A stretch of 64,000 nucleotides of DNA from assembly GCA_030428125.1 (NCBI GenBank), contig JAUIBF010000001.1, positions 78,102-142,101 of the forward strand, in the 5' to 3' direction. The notes under the pieces were generated by a model that did no database searches, had not been told where the DNA came from, and was given only the letters and a program-made list of their open reading frames with translations. Of this stretch, positions 17,093 to 25,131 are shown in pieces. The position numbers were made by a program, and so were the translations under genes. The DNA comes from a bacterium. GTDB taxonomy: Bacteria; Patescibacteriota; Saccharimonadia; Saccharimonadales; SZUA-47. Each line of letters starts with the position of its first letter. Within the stretch, counting starts at the first letter, position 1.

Positions 17093-19003
17093 GTGGGAAA
17101 AATTATCGGTATCGATCTAGGTACAACTAACTCAGCGATGGCTGTAATGCAATCTGGTAAGCCAGAAATTATCGCTAATAACGAAGGAAACAGAACAACT
17201 CCTTCGGTAGTTGCTGTTAACAAAAAAGGCGAACGGCTTGTCGGTCAAGTTGCTCGACGTCAGCAGGTTACTAATTCAAAGAACACCATTTATGAAGTAA
17301 AGCGATTAATCGGACGTAAGTTTAGCGATAAAGAAGTCCAAAAAGACCTTAAGTTAATGGGTTACGAAATCATTAAAAGTGGCACCAAGACTAAAGTAAA
17401 AATGGCTGACAAAGAATATAGCCCAGAAGAAATTAGTGCCATGATTCTTGGCAAGCTAAAAGCAGATGCTGAAGAATTCCTGGGTGAACCAGTAACCGAA
17501 GCTGTTATTACCGTTCCGGCATATTTTGATGACTCACAACGTCAAGCTACGAAAGACGCTGGTAAGATTGCAGGCCTGGAAGTTAAGCGTATTATTAACG
17601 AGCCAACTGCGGCAGCGCTTGCATACGGACTTGATAAAGAAGGTAAAAAAGACGAAAAGATTGCTGTTTACGACCTTGGTGGTGGTACGTTTGACGTATC
17701 TATCCTAGAGCTAGGTGACGGAGTATTCGAGGTTAAATCTACAAATGGTGATACACACCTTGGTGGTGCGGACTTCGACCGCGTTATCGTTAACCACCTT
17801 GCTGACGAGTTCAAAAAAGAACATGGCATGGACATCACTGACGCGAAAGATGCTATGCAACGTCTGCGTGACGAAGCAGAAAAGGCTAAAATTGAGCTTT
17901 CTACAGCGCAAGAAGTGGACATCAACCTTCCGTTCTTAACAGCTGATGCAGATGGTCCAAAACACTTTGAATACAAACTGACACGAAGCAAACTTGAGAG
18001 CCTAGTTGCAGATCTTATCGACAAGACTGCATCTCCATGCGAGAAAGCTCTAAAAGACGCAGGCCTGAAGGCTAGTGAAGTAGATGCAGTTGTATTGGTT
18101 GGTGGTATGACGCGTATGCCAGCTGTACAAGAAAAAGTGAAGAAGATATTCGGAAAAGACCCGATGAAAGGTGTGAACCCTGATGAGGTTGTAGCTGTTG
18201 GAGCGGCCATCCAGGGTGGAGTTTTGGCAGGCGATGTCAAGGATGTGTTGCTATTAGACGTAACACCGCTAAGTCTTGGTATCGAAACTATGGGCGGAAT
18301 CGCGACTAAGTTGATTGAGAGAAACGCGACCATCCCGACATCTAAGAGCGAGGTCTTTTCTACTGCCGCTGACAATCAGCCACAAGTGGAAATCCACGTC
18401 GTTCAAGGCGAGCGTGAAATGGTTGCTGATAACAAGTCTCTTGGACGATTCATCTTAGACGGTATCGCACCAGCGCCACGTGGTATGCCACAAATCGAAG
18501 TTACATTTAACATCGATGCTAACGGTATCTTGAACGTTACTGCTAAAGACAAGGGAACTGGTAAAGAGCAATCTATTACTATTCAAGACAGCTCAGGCTT
18601 GTCTAAAGAAGAAGTCGAGAAAATGGCTAAAGATGCAGAAGCCCACGCTGAAGAAGATAAGAAAAAGCGCGAAGCTATCGAATCACGTAACTTATTAGAA
18701 AATTCAATCTACCAGGCAGAGAAGTTTGTTGCTGACAACAAAGACAAACTATCTGACGAGGACAAGAAGACTCTTGAAGACGCTACAAAAGAAGCCAAAG
18801 AGAAATTAGCAGACGAAAAAGCAGACAAAGATGCACTAGAAGAAGCAGCTAAAGAACTATCTGACAAGATGATGCCAATTGGCGCCAAAATGTATGAAGA
18901 GGCTGCCAAAGAAAATGAAGGCAAAGAAGGGGATTCTGACGAAAAGTCAGATGATGACGAGCCAGTAGAAGGCGAAGTCGTTGACGAAAAGGACGATAAA
19001 TAA
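17093..19003 (+). CDS. dnaK: Chaperone DnaK (Hsp70)
   Basis: GTG start ([14 protein letters not shown]) with purine-rich SD at 17077-17085. DLGGGTFD, the EEVD-less acidic tail and full-length Hsp70 motifs are present. The ORF-track TTG at 17015 lies inside the operators. Confidence 0.97.
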   Translation: MGKIIGIDLGTTNSAMAVMQSGKPEIIANNEGNRTTPSVVAVNKKGERLVGQVARRQQVTNSKNTIYEVKRLIGRKFSDKEVQKDLKLMGYEIIKSGTKTKVKMADKEYSPEEISAMILGKLKADAEEFLGEPVTEAVITVPAYFDDSQRQATKDAGKIAGLEVKRIINEPTAAALAYGLDKEGKKDEKIAVYDLGGGTFDVSILELGDGVFEVKSTNGDTHLGGADFDRVIVNHLADEFKKEHGMDITDAKDAMQRLRDEAEKAKIELSTAQEVDINLPFLTADADGPKHFEYKLTRSKLESLVADLIDKTASPCEKALKDAGLKASEVDAVVLVGGMTRMPAVQEKVKKIFGKDPMKGVNPDEVVAVGAAIQGGVLAGDVKDVLLLDVTPLSLGIETMGGIATKLIERNATIPTSKSEVFSTAADNQPQVEIHVVQGEREMVADNKSLGRFILDGIAPAPRGMPQIEVTFNIDANGILNVTAKDKGTGKEQSITIQDSSGLSKEEVEKMAKDAEAHAEEDKKKREAIESRNLLENSIYQAEKFVADNKDKLSDEDKKTLEDATKEAKEKLADEKADKDALEEAAKELSDKMMPIGAKMYEEAAKENEGKEGDSDEKSDDDEPVEGEVVDEKDDK

Positions 19004-19103
19004 TCTATGCTTAAACGCGAAAAAAGCCAAGGAGCTTTATCAAAGCCTAGAGTTCCGTAACTAATCCTTAAAATCATTAAATAACTTTTTAAGGAGACGT
19101 ATT

Positions 19104-19550
19104 ATGGACGCTTTTTCGCGTTTTAACGATGCCAGTTCTTCGGCTGGCATAATAAATAATTCATACGAAAAACTAATGGGAAATACCCCGTGGCTACCAC
19201 AGGAGTACAAGCCCGGCTTCGACATGGAAGTTAGGCAAAGGTCCTTAGTGCTAGGTGCTATTGCTGCTAATTTGCTTCAACGAAGGCTTACTATAACCGA
19301 CTATGTCGGCAATCAATCCCAATCAAGGAGCTACGAGCTAGATTTAGAGCACGATTTCGGGCCTCTGGAAAACGAACATTTTTTCTTTTATGTAGGGCCA
19401 AATGGTCTAAAAAGATTTAAATATGAAAACGATCGAGATTCTAGGCGGACTCTTAGGCGTAATCGTTCAGCTAACTTTATGAGATACATAAATATGCTTT
19501 CATGGACTATTGAAGTCAGTGGCGGGGACACTCAGGCTAGTGGAGATTAG
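19104..19550 (+). CDS. Lys-poor orphan protein (ORF-E)
   Basis: 148 aa. AAGGAG SD at 19091-19096. Followed by a strong terminator. No known motif. Confidence 0.55.
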   Translation: MDAFSRFNDASSSAGIINNSYEKLMGNTPWLPQEYKPGFDMEVRQRSLVLGAIAANLLQRRLTITDYVGNQSQSRSYELDLEHDFGPLENEHFFFYVGPNGLKRFKYENDRDSRRTLRRNRSANFMRYINMLSWTIEVSGGDTQASGD

Positions 19551-19570
19551 TATAATGCTAAATAGTAATG

Positions 19571-19596
19571 GCACCCCCAAGGGGGTGTCATTTTTT
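19571..19596 (+). terminator. Rho-independent terminator after ORF-E
   Basis: GCACCCCC-aa-GGGGGTGT stem followed by TTTTTT. Confidence 0.85.
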
Positions 19597-19610
19597 ACCC
19601 AGAGGAGTAT

Positions 19611-19627
19611 ACTATACCTGTAAAGAG
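19611..19627 (+). repeat. 17-nt exact repeat ACTATACCTGTAAAGAG, copy 1 (upstream of ORF-F)
   Basis: Identical 17-mer also at 19969-19985. Each ends 9 nt before an ATG and supplies an AAAGAG SD-like tract. Confidence 0.8.
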
Positions 19628-19636
19628 ATTTATTTC

Positions 19637-19942
19637 ATGGCGACAGAGTTTGATTTTTATGTAAGTGATGAATCGTCCAGGGAGTTAGTTAGAAGACTAC
19701 GTGGTGAAGTTGAATTTGGAGTGCCACCCGAAACTGTTTGTGTGGACGGACTTGGAAAAACTCTTCAATATCCCGATGGTAGAGATATTGATGGCGAAAG
19801 AGTTGGAGCACTTGTTGGACGCTCGGGTATGCGCCTAACAAATGCAGGAGCAGCCCAAGTGATTATAGAGGCAGACGCTTTTGCTGACGATGTGTGCAGA
19901 GCGCTCATCAAGCTCAATCAATCCGACACACGGGTATCTTAA
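19637..19942 (+). CDS. Lys-poor orphan protein (ORF-F)
   Basis: ATG at 19637 (MATEFDFYVSDESS...). The ORF-track start at 19568 lies inside the preceding terminator. 101 aa with 2 Lys. Confidence 0.5.
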   Translation: MATEFDFYVSDESSRELVRRLRGEVEFGVPPETVCVDGLGKTLQYPDGRDIDGERVGALVGRSGMRLTNAGAAQVIIEADAFADDVCRALIKLNQSDTRVS

Positions 19943-19968
19943 TTACCAAAAGTTAAAAAATAGAGTAG

Positions 19969-19985
19969 ACTATACCTGTAAAGAG
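19969..19985 (+). repeat. 17-nt exact repeat ACTATACCTGTAAAGAG, copy 2 (upstream of VKOR)
   Basis: Identical to 19611-19627. Confidence 0.8.
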
Positions 19986-19994
19986 GGTATAGCT

Positions 19995-20588
19995 ATGGCT
20001 AAAAAGACAAAAGAATCAAAAATAACTTATCCACGTTTGCTGGTCGGGGCATCGGCAGTTGGATTAATCGCTGCATTTTGGCAGATGGTGGAGCGTGTTC
20101 ACATGCTCAAGAATCCAGGGGATCCCCTGTCGTGTAACCTTAATCCCGTTGTAGATTGTGGAAGTGTTCTAGGCGATAGTCTGGCGTCAGTATTTGGTCC
20201 ACCAAATGCACTTATCGGAGTAGTGATGTTTACGATGTTGCTAACATTAGGTTTACAGAGACTTTACGGTGGCCAATGGACAAAACTAACCAAGATTCTA
20301 GGTGTAGCGCTAAGTACAATCGCACTGCTGTTTAGTCTATGGTTCTTCCACGTAAGTTTGTATGTTATAGGAAAGGTTTGTATTTTCTGCATATTCATAT
20401 GGGCAGCTAGTGTGCCAATCGGCATTTATGGAGCCAAAGACTTCCTAGACGGCATGACCAAGCCAAAAGGTGTCTATAAATGGAAGCGTGATTTACTAGA
20501 CAAATACCATTTGTTAGTTCTGTTCGGTTTATACGCTGTAATGCTCGGATTATTCCTCGTCAGATTTAGTGATTATTACTTCGGTTAA
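19995..20588 (+). CDS. Vitamin K epoxide reductase (VKOR) family disulfide-generating membrane protein
   Basis: Start at ATG 19995 (MAKKTKESK). Loop cysteines LSCNLNPVVDCGSVL, PNALIG block and active-site CIFC in a TM helix. 4 TM helices. Confidence 0.8.
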   Translation: MAKKTKESKITYPRLLVGASAVGLIAAFWQMVERVHMLKNPGDPLSCNLNPVVDCGSVLGDSLASVFGPPNALIGVVMFTMLLTLGLQRLYGGQWTKLTKILGVALSTIALLFSLWFFHVSLYVIGKVCIFCIFIWAASVPIGIYGAKDFLDGMTKPKGVYKWKRDLLDKYHLLVLFGLYAVMLGLFLVRFSDYYFG

Positions 20589-20591
20589 GAT

Positions 20592-20621
20592 TTGGCACTC
20601 AAGGTGCTAAAGTGCTAAAAT
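20592..20621 (+). promoter_or_regulatory. CIRCE operator overlapping the dnaJ promoter
   Basis: TTGGCACTC-N9-AAGTGCTAA (20592-20618). TAAAAT at 20616-20621 lies 7 nt before the dnaJ ATG. Confidence 0.75.
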
Positions 20622-20628
20622 AATACAA

Positions 20629-21726
20629 ATGGCTAAACGTGATTATTATGAAGTATTGGGCGTTTCTAAAGGCGCTTCAGACGATGAAATAAAGAAGGCT
20701 TTCCGCCGGAAAGCCATTGAATTACACCCTGATAAAGAAGGTGGTGACGAAACTAAGTTCAAAGAAGTTAACGAAGCCTACGAAGTCTTAAAAGACAGTG
20801 CGAAACGTCAAAGATATGACCAATTTGGTCATGCCGGGGTTGGTGGCAATGGTGGTGGTGGAAATCCATTTGGTGGATTCGGTGGCCAAGGTCAGAGTGT
20901 TAACTTTGATTTCGGTGACCTAGGTGGACTAGGTGATATCTTTGGGAGTTTCTTCGGTGGTGGGCAGCAACGACAAAAGCGACCAGACAGAGGGCGTGAT
21001 GTTGAAATGGAGCTGGGACTTGATTTCGAAGAAGCAGTTTTCGGAGTAGAGACTGAAGTTAAATTAAACTTAAACGATACTTGCGACCATTGTAAGGGAA
21101 AAACTGTTGAACCTGGTCATGAGCTGAAAACATGTGCAACCTGTAAAGGTTCAGGCCAAGAAGTTCATGTCGCTCAAACAATCTTTGGGAATATACAGCA
21201 AGCAACGGTTTGCCGAACCTGTAAGGGTAAAGGTAAAGTTCCTGAAAAGAAATGTACAGTTTGTAATGCAACTGGCGTTCAGCGCAAGGATAAGAATGTC
21301 AAAATCAAAGTTCCGGCTGGAATTGATGATGGTGCAACCATACGCTTAAGAGAATATGGAGAAGCAGTAGCAAACGGAGCAAAAGGTGATCTATACGTAC
21401 ATATTAGAGTAGCTCCACATAAAGAATTTACTCGCGAAGGTGAGCTGATTTTAAGTAAAGTCCACATTCCTATGGTTGACGCGACATTGGGAACGGAAAT
21501 TGATGTAGAGACTGTAGATGGACCTGTGAAAATGAAAGTCCCAGCAGGAACTCAAAGCGGGACAGACTTTAAGCTTTCAGACCACGGCGTACCTCATCTC
21601 AGAGGCGAAAAACGTGGTGCGCACATCGTCACCGTAAACGTCGACATCCCTACTAAGCTAACAAAAGAACAAAAAGAACTTCTAGAACAGTTTAAGGCGT
21701 CCCATAAAAAGGGCTGGTTTAAATAA
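20629..21726 (+). CDS. dnaJ: Co-chaperone DnaJ
   Basis: J domain with HPD (ELHPDKEG), a G/F-rich linker and four CxxCxGxG zinc-finger repeats (CDHCKGKT, CATCKGSG, CRTCKGKG, CTVCNATG). Confidence 0.97.
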   Translation: MAKRDYYEVLGVSKGASDDEIKKAFRRKAIELHPDKEGGDETKFKEVNEAYEVLKDSAKRQRYDQFGHAGVGGNGGGGNPFGGFGGQGQSVNFDFGDLGGLGDIFGSFFGGGQQRQKRPDRGRDVEMELGLDFEEAVFGVETEVKLNLNDTCDHCKGKTVEPGHELKTCATCKGSGQEVHVAQTIFGNIQQATVCRTCKGKGKVPEKKCTVCNATGVQRKDKNVKIKVPAGIDDGATIRLREYGEAVANGAKGDLYVHIRVAPHKEFTREGELILSKVHIPMVDATLGTEIDVETVDGPVKMKVPAGTQSGTDFKLSDHGVPHLRGEKRGAHIVTVNVDIPTKLTKEQKELLEQFKASHKKGWFK

Positions 21727-21736
21727 TGACGGCAAG

Positions 21737-21815
21737 CCTTATGAGGGGAGAATATCTCCGGCACGTCGAGCAGGGTGCGAAATGAATTCGACACTCTGTC
21801 TACTCCCCCTCTAGC
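21737..21815 (+). repeat. Structured 3' intergenic element, copy A (of 3)
   Basis: CCTTATGAGGGGAG...GGCACGTCGA...GTCTACTCCCCCTCTAGCT. GAGGGGAG (21743-21750) can pair with CTCCCCCTC (21803-21811). It shares CTTATGAG, GGCACG, TCGA, a C-rich tail and TAGCT with copy B, and GTCTACTC with copy C. Confidence 0.5.
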
Positions 21816-21979
21816 TACATGAGAATTCAGATGATATCATTAAGCTAATGCTTCAGAAAAATAACAAAAATTCCGAACACGGTTTTATTACCATGATTGT
21901 CATGATGGTTATTATTCTGGCAGCAGTTTTATTCTTAGCTTATCAAAGAGTACAGAACGCCTCCTAACAGGGGTAGATA

Positions 21980-22008
21980 TTGACTAAAATCCCTATAGGT
22001 GATATAAT
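21980..22008 (+). promoter_or_regulatory. Near-consensus promoter of the rimK operon (leaderless-type)
   Basis: TTGACT (21980-21985), 17 nt, TATAAT (22003-22008). ATG is 9 nt downstream with no SD. Confidence 0.65.
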
Positions 22009-22017
22009 AATATAGTT

Positions 22018-22515
22018 ATGGCAAAATATAAAACAATTATCGGTCGCGCAGAACTTTTGGATCTTCCTGCAAGGTTACTTACTGATATTCCTGCGAAAAC
22101 TGACACCGGTGCTTATTTGTCATCTATACATGCTACGAATATTCGTGAAGTAAAAAAGAAAAATGGTAAAACTGTCCTGAAGTTTAATTTATTGGAAGGA
22201 CACGGAGCATATAACTATAGCCGAGAAATTGAAATGCCGAATTTTGAAAAAACTAAGGTAGAAAACTCCTTTGGTGAACAGCAAGAACGCTACAAGGTAG
22301 AGTTTAAAGTTCGAATTGGTGGTAAAGTGTTCCGTACACCATTCACGCTAGCAGATCGTTCCAAGAAAGTGTTCCCAATCCTGTTAGGGCGGACATTATT
22401 AAACAAGCGATTCTTAGTAGATACCGATATCGCTCACATTGACCGAAAGCAGCTCAAGGAAAAACTTAAAGATTGGCTTGCCAAAGACGATAAAATGGAC
22501 GAGAGCGTAGCTTAA
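22018..22515 (+). CDS. RimK-associated retropepsin-like aspartic peptidase domain protein
   Basis: AKTDTGAYLSS (D-T-G-A signature) and ILLGRTLL..FLVD blocks, as in the ATP-dependent zinc protease/retropepsin-like family usually encoded beside rimK. Confidence 0.7.
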   Translation: MAKYKTIIGRAELLDLPARLLTDIPAKTDTGAYLSSIHATNIREVKKKNGKTVLKFNLLEGHGAYNYSREIEMPNFEKTKVENSFGEQQERYKVEFKVRIGGKVFRTPFTLADRSKKVFPILLGRTLLNKRFLVDTDIAHIDRKQLKEKLKDWLAKDDKMDESVA

Positions 22516-22520
22516 TTATT

Positions 22521-23432
22521 ATGAAAATTGCAATTTTATCCAACGGACCAGGAAACTACTCCACAAAGAGACTCAAGGAGGAGTTTAAACTTAAAGGTCA
22601 CGAAGTCGATGTAGTGAAGTACAAAGACTGCTATGCAACTATCGAGAGCTCAAATCCGGTAGTTGGTTATCACGGAGAAAGTCTGTCCGGGTATGATGCA
22701 ATCATCCCGAGGATTGCCAGCGGCATGACCAGATATGGCACGGCAATCGTTCGTCAGTTTGAGATGCAGGGAGTATTTACTACTGCGAGTTCAATAGCGA
22801 TTTCACGCTCTCGCGATAAACTACGAAGCCTACAGTTACTTGCGCGAGCTGGAGTAGGGATTCCGAAAACTGTCTTTACTCGAGAAGGTCGCGACATCGA
22901 CGAAGTCATAGATGAAGTCGGTGAACTGCCTGTTATCATCAAGCTTGCTCGGGGTACACACGGAAACGGTGTGGTTTTAGCAGAGACCAAAAAGGCAGCA
23001 AAGTCTGTAATGCAAGCTTTTTATGTCATGGATGATGATGGTACAAACATACTGCTTCAGGAATTTGTAAAAGAATCAGCTGGCGAGGACATCAGAGTAT
23101 TTATCGTCAACGGCAAAGTTGTTGCTAGTATGAAGCGCAAAGGCTTAGATGATGATTTTCGCTCAAACATTCACCAAGGTGGTGAAGGCACTTCAGTAAA
23201 ACTGACAGAGGAAGAGAAAAAGACAGCTCAAAAAGCAGCCAAAGCCATGGGTCTACCAATTTGTGGCGTTGATATCATGCGATCAAATCATGGTCCACTA
23301 GTGTTAGAGGTAAACTCATCCCCAGGTTTTGCTATTGAAAAGGTGACAGGTCGCAACGTGGCGTCTAAAATAGTAGAGTATGTCGAGCAAAACGCCAAGA
23401 AAACACGACGACGCGACCGAGTCGGCGCTTAA
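22521..23432 (+). CDS. rimK: ATP-grasp alpha-L-glutamate ligase RimK
   Basis: MKIAILS..., ATP-grasp core (VIIKLARGTHGNGVVL, LLQEFV, FRSNIHQGG, CGVDIM...LVLEVNSSPG). 303 aa. Confidence 0.92.
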   Translation: MKIAILSNGPGNYSTKRLKEEFKLKGHEVDVVKYKDCYATIESSNPVVGYHGESLSGYDAIIPRIASGMTRYGTAIVRQFEMQGVFTTASSIAISRSRDKLRSLQLLARAGVGIPKTVFTREGRDIDEVIDEVGELPVIIKLARGTHGNGVVLAETKKAAKSVMQAFYVMDDDGTNILLQEFVKESAGEDIRVFIVNGKVVASMKRKGLDDDFRSNIHQGGEGTSVKLTEEEKKTAQKAAKAMGLPICGVDIMRSNHGPLVLEVNSSPGFAIEKVTGRNVASKIVEYVEQNAKKTRRRDRVGA

Positions 23433-23440
23433 CGCTATCG

Positions 23441-23520
23441 CTTATGAGAGGGGGACACCTCCTCTCATCGCGCGGCACGAGTCGAATAAATCGCTCATTC
23501 CGGCTGCTCACCCCCACATC
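23441..23520 (+). repeat. Structured 3' intergenic element, copy B (of 3)
   Basis: CTTATGAG lead-in. Hairpin ATGAGAGG-gggaca-CCTCCTCTCAT region, GGCACGAGTCGA, C-rich tail GCTGCTCACCCCCACA, TAGCT shortly after. Same orientation as copies A and C. Confidence 0.5.
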
Positions 23521-23549
23521 AAAACTAGCTCAATCCAGAAAGGATTGCT

Positions 23550-24014
23550 ATGAAAGAGGAAAAAAATAAGAAGAACCCTCTAGGTTTATGGCTTGGTATG
23601 GGGTTAATCTTTTTTGGTTTATTTGCAGTAATAAATGGTGTGATTAGCTTATCTGATAACAAGGGTAAACTTATTGCTCCAAATGGGATTATCACGATCG
23701 AGACAGTAGAAACACCGGAAGCTCGTCAAAAAGGCTTATCGGGCAGGACTGCTATAAGTGATAAAGAAGGAATGATGTTCGTATTCGACGAACCAAGCGA
23801 GTCTAATTGCTTCTGGATGAAGGATATGAACTTTTCAATCGATATGATTTGGCTCGATGAAAATAAAGAAGTAATAAACCTATCGAGAGAAGTTAGTCCA
23901 GATACATATCCTGAAAGTTTTTGTCCCACAGGCCCAGCTAAATATGGGTTAGAAATCGGAAGTGGTCGTGCTGGTGTGCTAGAGATAGAACCTGGCGAAA
24001 CTCTGCGTTTCTAA
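23550..24014 (+). CDS. DUF192-family secreted/membrane-anchored protein
   Basis: N-terminal TM or signal anchor, then GLSGR....GMMFVF........FWMKDM.FSIDMIWLD, characteristic of DUF192 (COG1430). Confidence 0.7.
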   Translation: MKEEKNKKNPLGLWLGMGLIFFGLFAVINGVISLSDNKGKLIAPNGIITIETVETPEARQKGLSGRTAISDKEGMMFVFDEPSESNCFWMKDMNFSIDMIWLDENKEVINLSREVSPDTYPESFCPTGPAKYGLEIGSGRAGVLEIEPGETLRF

Positions 24015-24047
24015 CAGATAAGTTACCCCTTATGCTAAACTGAAATC

Positions 24048-24518
24048 ATGCATATTGCATTGCCGGTTATTTTATTTTTTGGATTACCTCTAGTAATGTT
24101 GCTGATGTTTAAGGCTAATGCCGGGATTATGTTTTTGGCTGCATGCGCTGGTTTAGTTTTACTTAGTAATCTTGATGAAGCTGTAGTAACTACCGCAGGA
24201 GCAGTTGTTCCTGGAGAAGGAGAAGCGTATGTTAGGCTCGCCGTGGTTTTGCTTACTATTGCGTTTGCAGGGTTAGTTTTCAGGGATACAGTCAGAGGTA
24301 GGTCGATGCTATTACATGGCCTAATCGTGGCCTTGATCGGAGCAACACTCTGGTTAGTACTGCCCGAAGCCACAGGCGTAAGTTGGCTCGCTGATAGCCT
24401 AGAGAAGTCTTGGTGGCAAGATACAAACAACTACAGAGCGTTAATAATAACGGCTGGGTTTGCACTAAGCCTGGTAGCAGTTCTAACTGGACGTTCGAAA
24501 CACAAGAAACACAAGTAA
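24048..24518 (+). CDS. Polytopic membrane protein, unknown
   Basis: 156 aa with 4-5 hydrophobic helices and a basic C-terminal tail (RSKHKKHK). Confidence 0.5.
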   Translation: MHIALPVILFFGLPLVMLLMFKANAGIMFLAACAGLVLLSNLDEAVVTTAGAVVPGEGEAYVRLAVVLLTIAFAGLVFRDTVRGRSMLLHGLIVALIGATLWLVLPEATGVSWLADSLEKSWWQDTNNYRALIITAGFALSLVAVLTGRSKHKKHK

Positions 24519-24519
24519 T

Positions 24520-25131
24520 CTATTTAGTGACGGGCTGTCTTAATATTGTTCGCAGTTTTTCCGGTGCCGTGCGTCTTGGGTCCGAAAAGTAAATTTCGTG
24601 ATGCTTCATGTGCATTTTATATCCGTTTACTGGTATGAATTCATTATGCATTTTCTCTAAAATTGGTCCTTCATTATCAAATGAACCTACATGCAGTACT
24701 TGCACGCATTTACCTTCGTGCAAAGATTCAAATCTAACGTTGTCAATTCGTTTAGGCACTTTCTTTGAAGCTTTTATTTTTTCGATAACATGCAAAACCT
24801 GGTTTTCAGTAATCCATTCCGGTAGCATCAACATTAGCGCCCAGCTCCACCTGGATTTATCTCGATTTTCGGTAAAGGAACTCATGTCATCTGCCCACCA
24901 TAAGCCTTCCAAGGGTGGAACAGCGTAATCTTTGCCAAGCTCGATTTTGCTAAAAAATTTCGTCTTAAACGCAACTGGATAAAGTGATTCCACGGCTTTT
25001 ACAAATTCTGGGCCATTGGGGTTGCCTTGGCCGTCAATCATCAGATAATTATGCTCAGGGATATCGACCAATTCTATCTTGTCTTTTTTTGCTTTAAAAC
25101 CAGGCAATGATTTCTTAAGATCAAGTTTCAT
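24520..25131 (-). CDS. GyrI-like small-molecule-binding domain protein
   Basis: IPEHNYLMIDGQGNPN..F..A...LY, PLEGLWW and HHEIYFSDPRRT blocks are typical of the GyrI-like family. Confidence 0.7.
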   Translation of the reverse strand: MKLDLKKSLPGFKAKKDKIELVDIPEHNYLMIDGQGNPNGPEFVKAVESLYPVAFKTKFFSKIELGKDYAVPPLEGLWWADDMSSFTENRDKSRWSWALMLMLPEWITENQVLHVIEKIKASKKVPKRIDNVRFESLHEGKCVQVLHVGSFDNEGPILEKMHNEFIPVNGYKMHMKHHEIYFSDPRRTAPEKLRTILRQPVTK

